DNA from: Hypanus sabinus | Lineage: Eukaryota | Length of the DNA stretch: 64,000 bases | Direction of reading: 5' to 3' | Assembly: GCF_030144855.1 (NCBI RefSeq) | Contig: NC_082717.1 | Span: 19,096,001 to 19,160,000 of the forward strand | Shown: one piece after another, positions 24,670 to 37,132 of the stretch | Layout: each line of letters begins with the position of its first letter | Numbering within the stretch: position 1 is the first letter of the stretch | Made by a program: the position numbers and the translations under genes | Notes under the pieces: generated by a model | The model's input: only the letters and a program-made list of their open reading frames with translations | Told to the model about the DNA's origin: nothing | Databases searched by the model: none

Positions 24670-25240
24670 GCAGGCAAAAATACCTCTACTTTGTCAAGAA
24701 GCTAAAGAAATCTGTCATGTCCCCGTCAACTCTTAGCAATTTTTAACTGATGCACCGTGGAGAGGATTTTGTTTGGACGCATTGCAGGTCATATGGCTCC
24801 TGCTCTGGGTTGTGAGTGCAAGAAACAGCAGAGAGTTCTGGACAGAGCTCAGCACACCACAGGAAACACCCTTCCCCTCCATGGACTCTGCCTCACTACC
24901 TCAGTGAAGCAACCAGCATAACCAACCCCGCACATATTCCCTTAGGCAGAAGATTTTTAAAAAAACTGGAAGCATGTACTACCAGACTCAAGGAGAGCTT
25001 CTACCCCACTGTTATCAGACTCTTGAAGAAGCCTCTTGTACGATAAGATGGACTCTTGATCTCACAATCTACTTCATTATAATGTTGCTTATTATTTACC
25101 TGCACTGCACTATTTTGTCAGCTTTACACTTTATCCTATATTGTTTTTTTACCGTATTCTACCTCAATATACTGGTAATGGACAGTAGACAAGGAGAGCT
25201 TCTCACTGTACTCAGTACATGCAACAATAATAAACCAATA
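24670..25240 (+). mobile_element. Rex1/Babar LINE 3' fragment
   Basis: PLGRRF...CTTRLKESFYPTVIRLL in ORF 24816..25046; tail ending aataataaaccaat. Confidence 0.7.
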
Positions 25241-25249
25241 AAGCTATGT

Positions 25250-25508
25250 GACATGGTAGCTTTATAGTAGAGCTGGGTTTGATTCCCGACTCTGTCTGTA
25301 AGGAGTTCATACATTCTCGTGGGACTGCTTGTGTCTTCTCCCAGTACTCCGGTTTCTTCCTGCAGTCCAAAGACGTACTGGTTGGTAGGTTAACTGGCCA
25401 TTGTAAATTGTCCCATGACTAAACTCAGATTAAATCAGGGGATGGCTGGGCGGGATGGCTTAAAGGGCTGAAAAGGCCTATTCAGCACTGTATCTCAATA
25501 AATTAATA
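25250..25508 (+). mobile_element. V-SINE (HE1-like) copy
   Basis: gggtttgattcccg B-box-like, ctccggtttcttcctgcagtccaaagacgtac...ggccattgtaaattgtccc, tail tgtatctcaataaa. Confidence 0.7.
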
Positions 25509-25634
25509 AACTAATACCAAGACAGTTATCATTCTCAGCTAAACATTGCAATGTAATGGTGCTCAGAAGCAAATCCAACTAAATGCCCTGTTCTCTTCAG
25601 GGTGAATCCTTGGAAAAGTGTGGGCAATGCACAC

Positions 25635-25830
25635 AAAGGTAGGAGATTCTGCAGATGCTGGAAAACTTGAGCAACACACGCACACACACACACACACACA
25701 CACACGAAATGCTGGAGGAACTCTGCAGGCCGGGCAGCATCTATGGAGAGGAATAAAGAGTGACTTTTCAGGCCGAGACCCTTCATCAGGAATAGAAAGG
25801 AAGGGGGAAGAAGGCAGAATAAGGAGGTGG
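25635..25830 (-). repeat. Penelope-derived terminal module with near-intact hammerhead core and (CA)n microsatellite
   Basis: Minus strand 25789-25762 reads CTGATGA-A-GGGT-CTCG-GCCT-GAAA-AGTC; (CA)n at about 25674-25705. Confidence 0.8.
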
Positions 25831-26267
25831 TGGGAAAAATGTGAACGTTGTTTTTCAATGTCTACACAATCCTTCACATGACAAGCTTGATATCTGCTGA
25901 AGCTCAAGTTAATCTCAGAGGCTGGATCTCACCATTGCAAGCAGCTCTCCCCGTTCATAAACCTTAAGAACATTAACAGTTAAGCACACCAAGAGATATT
26001 TAGTATCATTTACAGAGCTTTTCAGTGATATCAGAAGAGTACTCAGTAATCTCCTTTTGAATCAATGCAATACTCAGGCATCCGCTGCAGATGGTCATTG
26101 CTTCTCTTAATCAAGAAATACACCAGTGGCCTTGTGATTTCATCTGAAACTGCAGCCACTTCTCACAGCGTGGCCAATTGGGCACTTCAACCCGCCACAG
26201 AGATTCAGCGAAACAAACAGGAGAGGGTAGTTGTGAAATAGTGTTTCAAGCAGATGTACCCACTTTT

Positions 26268-26462
26268 AACGCAAGAGATTCTGCAGAGGCTGGAAATCTT
26301 GAGCAACATACTCAAAATGCTGGAGGAACTCAGCAAGTCAGGCTGCATCTATGGAGAGGAATAAATAGACTGATGAAGGGGCTCGACCTGGGATGTCGAC
26401 TGTTTATTCCCTTCCTTTGATGCTGACTGACTTGGTGAGCTCCTCCAGTGTTTGGTATGTAT
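26268..26462. repeat. Fold-back Penelope-derived module with decayed hammerhead in the loop
   Basis: Arms ~26307-26368 and ~26400-26460 are inverted. Loop reads CTGATGA-AGGGGCTCGACCT-GGGA-TGTC-GAC. Confidence 0.75.
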
Positions 26463-26864
26463 GCCCATCTTTACCCTTCTGAGATTCTTCTCCTGTCAAT
26501 TAATTCAGATATTCTCAGACAGCAGAGTCATCATCAACTTTGAAATCATCGTGGTTACAACAGTATCCATGGTTCAACAACACTGCCTGTGTGGCTAGAC
26601 TTGTCATGACCTCATACCGTACCTCTGTCGGATTTTCGAAACTGCCTTACTGCAGTTGTGAGTCAACATTATAGCCATTTGGACCTTCTACTTAAATATG
26701 AGCTGGGGAGCCTGCCAATAGCAGATGCTGCTGGCACCATTGACTGGCCTTCACAAAGCTATGCCATTAATTCATGCCACGGCACAAAAAAATGACTAAT
26801 ACATTTAGGGTCACTGACTTCTCCTTTTAATGATAGAATGAATCAAAGATTCAAAGAGTATTTC

Positions 26865-27285
26865 ATCTTCAGGGAGCAGTCTCTCAGAAAGGCAGAGACC
26901 ATTATTAAGGACCTCCAGCACCCAAGGCATGCCCTTTTCTCACTGTTACCATCAGGTAGGAGGTACAGAAGCCTGAAGGCACACACTCAGTGATTCAGGA
27001 ACAGCTTCTTCCCCTCTGCCATCCGATTCCTAAATGGACATTGAACCCATGGACACTACCTCACGTTTTTCTAAATATATAGTATTTCTGGTTTTTGCAC
27101 GTTTTAAAAATCTATTCAGTATACATCTACTGTAATTGATTAATTGGTTATTATTATTATTTTTATTTTATTTATTTCTTCTTTTCTATATTATGTATTG
27201 CATTGAACTGCTGCTGCTAAGTTAACAAATTTCACATCACGTGCCAGTGATAATAAACCTGATTTCTGATACTGACACTGATACT
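26865..27285 (+). mobile_element. Rex1/Babar LINE 3' end
   Basis: Very similar (inverted) to 51065-51420; tail gataataaacctgatttctga. Confidence 0.8.
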
Positions 27286-28372
27286 TATTATCAAAGCATA
27301 TATACAGAATGCAACCCTGAGATCTGTCTTCCTCCAGACTGCCATGAAACAAAAAAACCATTGAACCCGGTCAAAGAAAAAAAAATCCAACACCCAGTGC
27401 GCTAATAAAAGGAGCAAATCATGTAACCAGCAAAAAAAAACAAGCAAAAAGCATATAATGTAAAGCATCCGGTCGAAGCAGGCCAAGAATGTTCAGCTCA
27501 GGTCAGTTCAGTTTAATCTGGCACTGTGTTGTTCATTGACAGCAGGCCACAGAGTCAGCCGCCCCATCAAAATTGTATAAAAATCTATATGGTGACCGAC
27601 AATGAATGGCCCTAATGAAAGGTCTTGTCCTCACTCCGGAACATCAATTCCATAGATACCGCCTGACCTGCAGAATCCCTCCAAAGATTCAATCAAATTA
27701 GCTAGATAGGTCCCATGGAAACAGAGCTCTTGAAATTTCCTGGGGGCTTGAATCCTATATTTGGAATTAAAATTTTAAGAGCCGTAGGTTCAGTGATGTT
27801 CATCGATTTGGATAGGGCCATGCCTGGTGGGATGGCGGAATAAGGGAACCGACGAGATCTAGTGAATTGGGATAAGGTGCAGGCTGTGAGAGAGGAATTA
27901 GCACTCATTTCACATCCATCTACCATTTCAACCTGCCTCAGTTCAGGCACAAAAAGGTCACCCACCCTGAAGATACAGGATGTAATTTCAATGGTAGGTT
28001 ACAGCCAGGTGATATCACTGGAATACACCTGCCATTTTAAATAGAGGACTGGCGTCTAACAAAGGCATCCACTTTGAACTCACTAACAAAAGCTGATATA
28101 TCTGTCAAGCCTTACAGATTGCTCACATTTCTTAGAGGCTTTCTTTCCCTGCTTTTGAATCTTATGACTATTGGAAGGATGTCTCCCAGGAAACTACAGC
28201 AGTGTGATTTGTGAAGCTTGCTTCAAGATGATAAATAAAGGCTGTCAATCACACAAGTTAAGGGAAACTAGAATTTTTAAAACCTATTCTTTTATAACAG
28301 GTCACCACAAACAATTGTACCATCAGCGTACATGCCTTCTCCAGATGAGAGTTGGAGCAAGATCATTCTCTA

Positions 28373-28765
28373 GTCATTATCATCATTATGTGCCACGTTG
28401 TATGACGTGGATGATCATGGTCACACCACCATGATTGTTCTTGGCAAATTCTTCCAGAGAAGTGGTTTGCATTTGCCTTCTTCTGGGCAGCGTCTTTACA
28501 AGACGGGTGACCCCAGCCATTATCAATACTCTACAGAGGTTATCTACCTGGCATTAATAGTTGCATAACCAAGACTTGTGATATGCACCAGCTGCTCGTA
28601 CAACCATCCACCACCCACTCCCATTGCTTCACTTGAACCTGATTGGTGGGGGGGAGGAGCTAAGCAGGTGCTACACCTTGCCCAAGGGTGACCGGCAGGC
28701 TGGCAGAGGAAAGTGACTCCTTACACCTGCTTTGGTGGAGATATATCTCCACCTCATCACCCAAC
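28373..28765 (-). mobile_element. RTE-related non-autonomous repeat/SINE
   Basis: gaagtggtttgcatttgccttcttc resembles the RTE/BovB-type motif GTGGTTTGCCATTTCCTTC; short (tca)n-like tail. Confidence 0.4.
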
Positions 28766-28777
28766 TATACATAGTAG

Positions 28778-28992
28778 CCACAAAATGCTGGAGGAACTCA
28801 GCAGGTCAGGGGCATCTATGAGAAACAGTACGCAATCAAAGTGCCAAACCAAGCCACTTCATCAGGACTGAAGGAACACAGTTCGAGATGTCGACTGTTT
28901 ACTCTTTTCATTTGATGCTGCCTGGCCTGGTGAGTTCCGTCAGTTTTTTGTGTGTATTTGATTTCCAGCATCTGCAGATTTTCTCTTGTTTG
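28778..28992. repeat. Fold-back Penelope-derived module
   Basis: cacaaaatgctggaggaactcagcaggtcagg is inverted against cctggcctggtgagttccgtcagttttttgtg. cttcatcaggact (minus-strand AGTC-CTGATGA-AG) lies at about 28857-28869. Confidence 0.75.
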
Positions 28993-30377
28993 TGATTATA
29001 TAGTACCCACTACTATTGACTCTGAATCCCAAACAATAACTGGCTTTTGTGGTACAGGTTGTCACTGTCACACTGTCACAGACCCTCCTCATGCTGTCAG
29101 ACTCTGGCCTCCAACCACTAGGAATCTAGAACACACAACGTGCATCAGCATAACAGGCCTTAGGTCCCGCATCTCCATGCTGACCTTGTCAATTTTAATG
29201 AATCCCATCTGCTTCCACACACTCTATGTTCCTCCATTCTCTACCTATTCATTGCATGTCTAAGTGCCTCTTAAAATTTGCTGTCGTATCTGCTTCTGTC
29301 AGTTCCCCTGGCAATATGATCAAGGTACTACTAGTCTTTGTTAAAAAAAAAAACTTGTTTTGTGTATCTCCTTTAAACACTGGAAAGCAGAAAAGCAGCA
29401 TCCATCATCAGGGACCCCACCACGTAGGACATGCTCTCTTCTCACTTCTGCCGTCAGGAAGAAGGTACAGGAGACTCAGGACTTATGCCACTAGGTTCAA
29501 AAACACTTATTACCCGTCAACCATCAGGCTCCTGAACCAAAGAGGATAACTTCATTGAACTTCACTCACCCCATCATTGAAATTTACCCACAACCTATCG
29601 AATCGCTTCCAAGAACATTTCATCTTATGTTCTCAATATTTATGGATTATTTATTTATTTATTTATTTATTTTGGTATTACAGTGTTTGCTGTCTCTGCA
29701 CTTCAGCTGAACACCCCATTTGTGCGGTCTTACATCGATTCTGTTATGGTTATTATTCTAATAGATTTATTGAGTAGGTCCACAAGAAAATGAATCTCAG
29801 ATATGTACTTCAATAATAAATTTACTTTGTACTTTAACCATTCTTCACGTTACTTTAAAGTTGTGTCCTCTAATATCTGACATTTACATCCTGGAAAAAT
29901 CATGCTATCTACCCTACCTATGTCTATTTTATATCGTCTACTTGGTCACCTCTAAGCCTCAGATGCTTCAGCAAAAACAACGCCAGTTTGTCGAATTTCT
30001 CTTTATAGTTAATACTTCCTCATCCAGTCAACAACTGGGTGAACCTTTTCTGTCCTTTGTCCAAAGACTCCACATCTTTCCTGTAATAGGGTGACCAGAA
30101 CTGCACACAGTGCTCCAGATTTGGCCTAACCAAAGATATATACAGCTACAACATTTCTTCCTGGCTCTTAAACTCAATGAAGGCCAGCATGCCATTTGCT
30201 TCCTTTACCACCCAATGGACCTGCATCCCAAGAGTCCTCTACATCAATATTACTCAGGATACTGTCATTCATTATATACTTCCTTTTACATTTGACTTCC
30301 CAAATTGCATTACCCCACATTTGCTTGGATTAAACTCCATCTGCCATTTCTCTGCCTTGCATGCAAATTTCCTACAA

Positions 30378-30705
30378 GAGGACCACAGTCTTTTTGAGGG
30401 TTTTCGAGGCTTGCATGCCTCAATGAACCGGAGAGGTATGTTGGCTGGAGTCAGGGCCTTGTGCTTTGACTCCTGGTAGGGTCACCTATGCCAAACAGGT
30501 CAAAGGGTTGAGGCCAGGCTAAGAGTGGTTCACCAGTCCTCCAGGTTTGGAGCTTCAGCTCAGGGCTAGCAGCCCTGGCTGGTCAAAAAAATGTGTCATG
30601 GAAACCGGAATGAAGAACCCTTCTGCATCTGTATGCGACCAAGGACAGGCAGAGATAGTGGACTTCTGCTGTTCTAAACACTAGCGGTGTAATGGGCATT
30701 AAGTT
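30378..30705 (+). mobile_element. RTE-clade 5'-end-derived non-autonomous element
   Basis: gcttgcatgcctcaatga...ctcctggtagggtcacctatgccaaacaggtcaaaggg...cctccaggtt...gggctagcagccc resembles RTE (Expander/Rex3-type) 5' UTRs. Confidence 0.5.
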
Positions 30706-31289
30706 CCTGAATATTTATGGATCAGCCCACTACATTTTCATCCAAATTGCTGTTTGTGATATACTGTATATAAAAACAGAGATCTCAGCACTGATTTTTA
30801 CAGAACACCACTGGTCACATGTGTCCAATCAGAATAAAACCTTCCCAATTTTGACTCTAAACTACCAAGTTACCACGGATCCCTCATGCCTTAAAATCTT
30901 CTGAATCAGCCTACCATGAGTGTCCTTGTCGAATGCTTTGCTAAAGTCCATTTAGTCAACATCCACTGCACCACCTTCATCAATCATTTTTGCTATCTTC
31001 TCAAAACAACAGTCAAGTTTGTAAGACAATACCTCCTCCTCACAACTCTCATTAATAAGTCTATGTTTTTCCAGATGTGAGTAGATCCTATCCCTAAGAA
31101 CCTAATCTAGTAATTTCCCTTCTGTTGATGTAAGGATAACTGCCCTATAATTTCCTAGTTTGTCTCTTTGTTCTGTATATTGACCTCCATACACATTCTG
31201 GATTCGCTGTGTACATCTAGAATCTCACACAAGCGGCATTAATGTTAATATTACTGAAACCTGCAATTGCCATCTAGGGACTCTTAGGG

Positions 31290-31625
31290 GTTATAGAAGC
31301 CTAGAACACTTCACAACAGAAACAGGCTCTTCAGTCCATATAGCCAATGGCAAACCATTAATCTGCCTACTCCCATCGACCTGCCCCTGGACCATAGCCC
31401 TCCATGGCCCCCCCATCCATGTACCTATCCAAACTTCTCGTGAAATTGGACCTGCACCCTCCACTTCCACTGGCAGCACTCTCCGTACTCTCACCACTTT
31501 CAGAGTGAATAAGTTCCCACTCATTTTTCCCTCAGACATTTCACCTTTCACCCTTAACCCATGACCTCTAGTTGTAGTCTCACCCAACCTCAGTGGAAAA
31601 AGCCAGCTTCCACTTACCCTATCCA
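31290..31625 (-). mobile_element. CR1 LINE 3' fragment
   Basis: ORF 31291..31644 LFPLRLGETTTRGHGLRVKGE...LFTLKVVRV. Confidence 0.8.
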
Positions 31626-34600
31626 TCATTAAGTGCTGTGTCACCTTGTTATAGTCTTCTCTATCTCTATCAAGCTGATCCGTTTGTGGTATGACGCAGT
31701 TCCTTATTGGGGAGCATCAAGTCACGGAAACAGTAAATAAAATTCTCAGGAAATGGAATCCCACTAAGGAAAAGCTATACAGCTGGATTTGGCATCTCTC
31801 ATAAGAGTTACTAAGGAGATGTTACTCTTCCAGCATTTTTGTTAATTGTTTGCCTATACAAGGTAATGTATTGGCTGTGAATTGCTTTGCACTGTCAAGT
31901 TCGGCATTAGCAGACTAAATATGTTTGTTCCTTTGTCGTTGTCCTTCCTGCTTTAACATGACAGATATGGCGGGAAGAATGATTCCAGAAATAATAATTA
32001 GGAAGCCGCAGTGTAATCAACAGCCTGCAATTCTCAGGGAAGTTTGCAGACATGAGCTGAAGCTCTGAGTTGAATTACAGTGCTGAAATCAGAGCCTGCT
32101 TTTGAATGTTTATACAATAAAAACTGACAGTCTTACAATGCCACAAATTTCAGAAATGAGTCATTTTTTCCCCATAAAATGCTGTTTTCAGGCACAATGC
32201 TATCTTGGTTGTGTTACTCAACTTGAAAAAAGGCTAAATCAATACTTAATTATTAAGTACCTGAATATATTTTTACCTAAGACCTCTCCAGGTGCTGTGG
32301 AGCACACATGCACTATCCACATAAAACCTTCTACCTAATGGCTGTCAGGTAAAATCTATTGCTCGGTGACTACTAAGCCCTTCACAGGTATAGTTTTATA
32401 CTTGGTGGCATCCATTCTCCCGTCTTTGGGTAAAGCATCCTCCCTCCTCATAACTCCAAATTCCTATTGGTACCTATTTCCTCTCCAGGTAAAAACTGTT
32501 GGCACTCTTGCCCTCTTGAGGGAGGAGCTTTCTAAGTGTCGGTGGCAATCATTGTCAAACTAATCCCTGTTGCTTGGTGGTTCTCACTGTGTTGTCTATG
32601 ACTTCGAGACACCCAGCCTTTCTCCAGAGAAAACCTAACACAGTCTAGCACCCAACCATTTCTCCCCGAGGTAAGGAGCAGCACCGTGCGTTATTCATCC
32701 TTGTTCTTGGTAGGTATGAGCACTTTGTAGTTGAACATAGCAAAATTCTGTCTCTTTACAAATATAAATATTGCATTTAATAGCCTTCAGACAGTTTGTG
32801 TTCTTGCTGTAGGGTTTCTTATGAAAGCAGGTGTTCAGTGCATTAAGATTTTGTGTGTATCAGGGCCTGAAAGAGGAGGTGGGCTTGCTGACAAGGTGGA
32901 AAAGAGCCTCCATATAATGTTTAAAATATGGGCCACGCAGAAATAAAATCTCAACTCAATGCACACCCAGAGTTTAACCTCACCCACCTCTCCGGCCCAC
33001 ACCATTGCAGAGAGTGACTCTTGGCAATATTTGCAGTTGAAAGCTTAATGAATCTAAGGAACATTACACTCTTCGGTATCTCAGCAAAGATGAAAACCTA
33101 TTTAAAATAAATGTGTTAAAGCGTGGTGCGAATAATGAACAGGGATGACTGTACTGTATATAGGCGCTATTGGTTTGAACAGCTGTTTTTGTAAGGCAGA
33201 TAAATGTTATTGCCTTCTCGCTTCAAGTTCCCTAATGTCATTCACTGACTTTGTTGCTGCCTGCTCGCCATAGCTCACTCTCAACACAAGAAAGGGTAGT
33301 AAAAACACGAGAGACAGAATGAAAAAGGAAAAAAAAGAGAGGAAATAGAAAAAGGCTAAGAAATACTGAGGAAGAGAATTTGTCTCCCTGATCACACTAT
33401 TACAGAATAACTATGATTTGGAGAAGTTTCAAGATAGTGCCTGAATTAGAGAGCATTTGCTATCAGGAAAAGTTGGACAAACATGGATTGTGTCCTGCCA
33501 AATATCAGCAGACGAGGGAGACCCGTTAGAGGTTTATATAAGCATGAGAGGCTTAGATAGAGTAGACGCTCAATCCTTCTGCAAAGGAAGACATGTCCAA
33601 CGGAGGGGACTGTTTTAAAGTGAGGCAGAGAATGTTTAAAGGAGATGTATAGACAAGTTTTTTTTGCAGAGAGTGGTGGACGTCTGGAATGTGCTGCCAG
33701 GGGTGGTGGTGGTAGCAGATATGATAGTGCAGTTAGACGGACACGTGAACAGGTTAGGAATGGAGGGATATGGATCAAGTGCAGATAGATAAGTTTAGCT
33801 TACTTGGGCATCAGCTCAACACAGACACAAAGCCTATTCCTGTGCTGTATGTTATTTTTATTTAAAGATGCAGTGCATTTACAGGTCCTGCTGGCCCAGT
33901 GAACCCAAGCCACCCAACATGTGATCAATTAGCCTATTAAACCGCATGTCTTTGCAAGGTGGGAGCACCCAGAGCAATCCCACAGGGTCACAGGGAGAAT
34001 GCAAAGACTCCTTGTAGACAGAGACACAACTGGCTCAGTAATAATGTCACAGCATCGTGCCAAACCAATATATACCGCTCAATGGAACACCTGTATTCTA
34101 TGGCAGTGAAGGAGTGAGAGAGAAAAGAATAATCATGAAAAATAGGAAGGAGGAAGTAAGTAGAATAGAATTACATGTTACTCTCTTCTTTAACAGCTTC
34201 TGGTTGTCTTTGTGTTTGTCTCTCAATTAAAGTTTGCCTCTGTTGCACTGTCTAACTGAAGCACTTGGAGCTTCCATTCAACCAACCTGTAGCCTTTCAC
34301 TTGAGCCAACGCTTCCTTTCCCAACAGCAAAGTCACTCTGCTGCTCATATCATTTAAGATTGAGTCCCCATTGAAGGTTCAAATACAGGAGGCTACAGAG
34401 ACCGCACGTCTCCGGTTCAACCCGTACACCATGACGGTCTGTTGACTTCACTGAGCGGCTCAGTGTGACCCGAATCATCTTCGCTCACTCATTGAGCAAT
34501 GGCCCGAGTCAGGAATCTGCCTGTACCACCTGCTCTGTCAAATTTACGGACAGAAGGAAAAGAGTGAAGCTAATAGGCAAGTTAGTAAGAGACAGTGCCG

Positions 34601-35255
34601 GTGCAGAGAAGGAAATGCACTGGCCTTTGAGAAGGTGATCTGACTCAGTATGTGTGTGCATTCCATTCTAATAATTTTCCACTGTGTTAGATCGGCAGTG
34701 CAAGGCTGGGAGCTGATTGTTAAACCTCTCTTTGTACCAGAAGCACACAGCTGTGTATTTCAGACCTTTCTTAATGTCTTTTAGGACACTGTAATGTTTA
34801 GCTGACAATATGTCTACAAGATTAATTACATTTCGTGCCAGCGGATGCTGTTGGCTCAAGGGCAGCATTGAAATTGCACTCCCATTTATCTTGTGGAGGA
34901 ATGGTTCGAGACAGATAGATTTTAAGCTGACCCCATTACAGCGTGACCCCCGACGCGATAAATGTCGCACCTCTTCCCTAAATCTTTGTTCTCAGACTAG
35001 GCTGGTCTCCCTGCTTTGTGAGAAGAGTAAACTCAAATAAAAATTAATTACACGGCGCAGATGGAAATAGTGGCAGCAGGCAAATGCAAGGGAAGCCCTC
35101 CGCAGAGGGGGCTAGGGAAGGCATCTTACTGCAACATGTAAAATTCCGGGGGTGCTTCACAGGCAGATGCTGAGATAATGTCTCTCCTCATGAAGGAATC
35201 TAGAATAAAGGTAGACGCAACGATGAAAGGAAAATGGAGGGGTATGTGGGAGGAA

Positions 35256-35910
35256 TACACACAAAATTCTGGAGGAACTCAGCAGGCCAGGCAGCATCAA
35301 TGGAAAAGAGTGCAGTGGACATTTCAGGCTGAGGCCCTTCATCCAGACCGGAGGAAGAAAAATGAGGTCAGAGTTAGGAGGGGGTGGGGGGGGGGTGCGG
35401 ACAGGGAGGGAAGGAGAAGCGCAAGGTATTTGGTGAAACTGGGAGGGGGAGGGGTGAAATAAAGAGCTAGGAATTTGATGGGTGAAAGAGATACAGGGCT
35501 GGAGAAAGGAGAATCTGAAAGGAGAGGACAGAAGGCCATGGAAGACGAAAAGAGGGAAGGTCACCAGTGGGAGGTGATGGGCAGGTAAGGAGATAAGGTG
35601 AGAGAGGGAAAAGAGAATAGGGAATGCTGAAAGGAGAGAAGTGAACTACAGGAAGTTCAAAAAATTGATTTTCGTGCCATCAAGTCGGAGGCTACCCAGT
35701 CAAAATATAGGGTGTTACTCCTCCGAGAGTGGCCTCATTGCAACAGTAGAGGAGGCTGTGGACTGACATGCTGGAATGGGATGGGAAGTGGAACTCAAAT
35801 AGGTATCCACTGGGAGATCCCACTTTTTCTGGCAGATGGAACGTAGGTGCTTGGCAAAGCGGTCTCCCAATATTGGTCGGGTCTCACCGATAAATAGGAT
35901 GCCACACACT
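35256..35910 (-). mobile_element. Penelope-like element remnant (GIY-YIG C-terminal half plus terminal module)
   Basis: ORF 35715..35909 CGILFIGETRPILGDRFAKHLRSI...DLPV (YIG-ET-R-F-EH pattern), a pyrimidine-rich spacer, and a decayed hammerhead ctggatgaagggcctcagcctgaaatgtc at about 35320-35348. Confidence 0.85.
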
Positions 35911-37132
35911 CTTTGTTAGTCGTTTGTTTGAATTTTGAAGTTCTCTGACTCTACGGTCGTATTTGTCGTTAAACTAATGAAGCCAGACAAACAACTGCAA
36001 ACAAGGCTCACACAGCTGTCAATGGATTTCATGCTCAATAGGGCATTTATGGCTTCTCTTAGCTCCTGCCTGTTCCACCAAGTCTGCTGCCTAATTGCAG
36101 TGACAGTAACTCTAGCACTGTGCAGAGGACTTGCATCCAAATAAACTAGCCTGCAATTACATGGAAGCCTGGCATTTAAACTGCGCTTGGGGCTTGCCAC
36201 CAGTTGGTATAAGATGCCATAAGGAGACTTCGCTCCCTCTTTCATCCCATTCTAACTAAAGGTGTAAAGTGAGATCCCCTGGAGGCTAAACACTCAGATG
36301 AAAACTAACATAGCTTAAAAGTAATTCCATTTTATTTATTTTTATTTAGATTTAGCGATATTTGTTTTTATTTAGAGGTAAAGCAAGGTAACAGATCATA
36401 CTGGCCCAATGAAGCCGTGTCGATCAGTTACACCAAAAAAATGTGACCGAAGACCCTGACTTGGAGACAGGTCACACAGATCAATAACACAGTGCACTGA
36501 GGTAGTACAAGGTAAAACAATCATAGAACATGGAACAAAATGGAACAGCTACAGAGAAAGTGCTGTGCAAGCAAATAAAAAGGTGCAAGATCATAACAAG
36601 GTGGATTGGGAGGTCAATAGTCCATCAGATACAGAGTTTCCCATCCTGAGGTTCACGGCCACTCCGTGGCACAGCTTCTTATCCAATGGTACTAAGGAAC
36701 CATTTAATAGCCATATAACCACAGGATTGAAATCGTCCTTGAGCCTGATGGTACGTGCTTTTAGAATCTCGTATCTTTCGGCGACTCTAGGGGTCAGTTT
36801 TGGGATCTTGTTTTCTCATTATTTTTTATAAGTGATTTGGATGCAACTGCACGAGGCTTAATCAGAAAGGTTACAAATGGCATAAAGTCAGAATCTATTG
36901 TTGACAGTGAAGTAGGTTATTGTATATCACCAGGGAAACTTGAACAGATAGGGAAGTGAACAGAGGAATGGCAAATGGATTTCACACAAATAAGAGTGAA
37001 GTGATGCATTTTAGAAAGCCAAAAGAGTGTAGGACTTTTAAGTGATTGGTAGGTCACCAGAGAGTTTTTTTTTAAGAACAGAACGATCTAGAAGGATAAG
37101 TGCATAGTTCCTTAAAAGCAGTATCACAGGTA

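Noticed and set aside
34330-34560. CpG-containing segment with a minus-strand acceptor-like site as a coding exon
   Set aside because: All three frames after the acceptor hit stops within about 20 codons; nothing recognisable.
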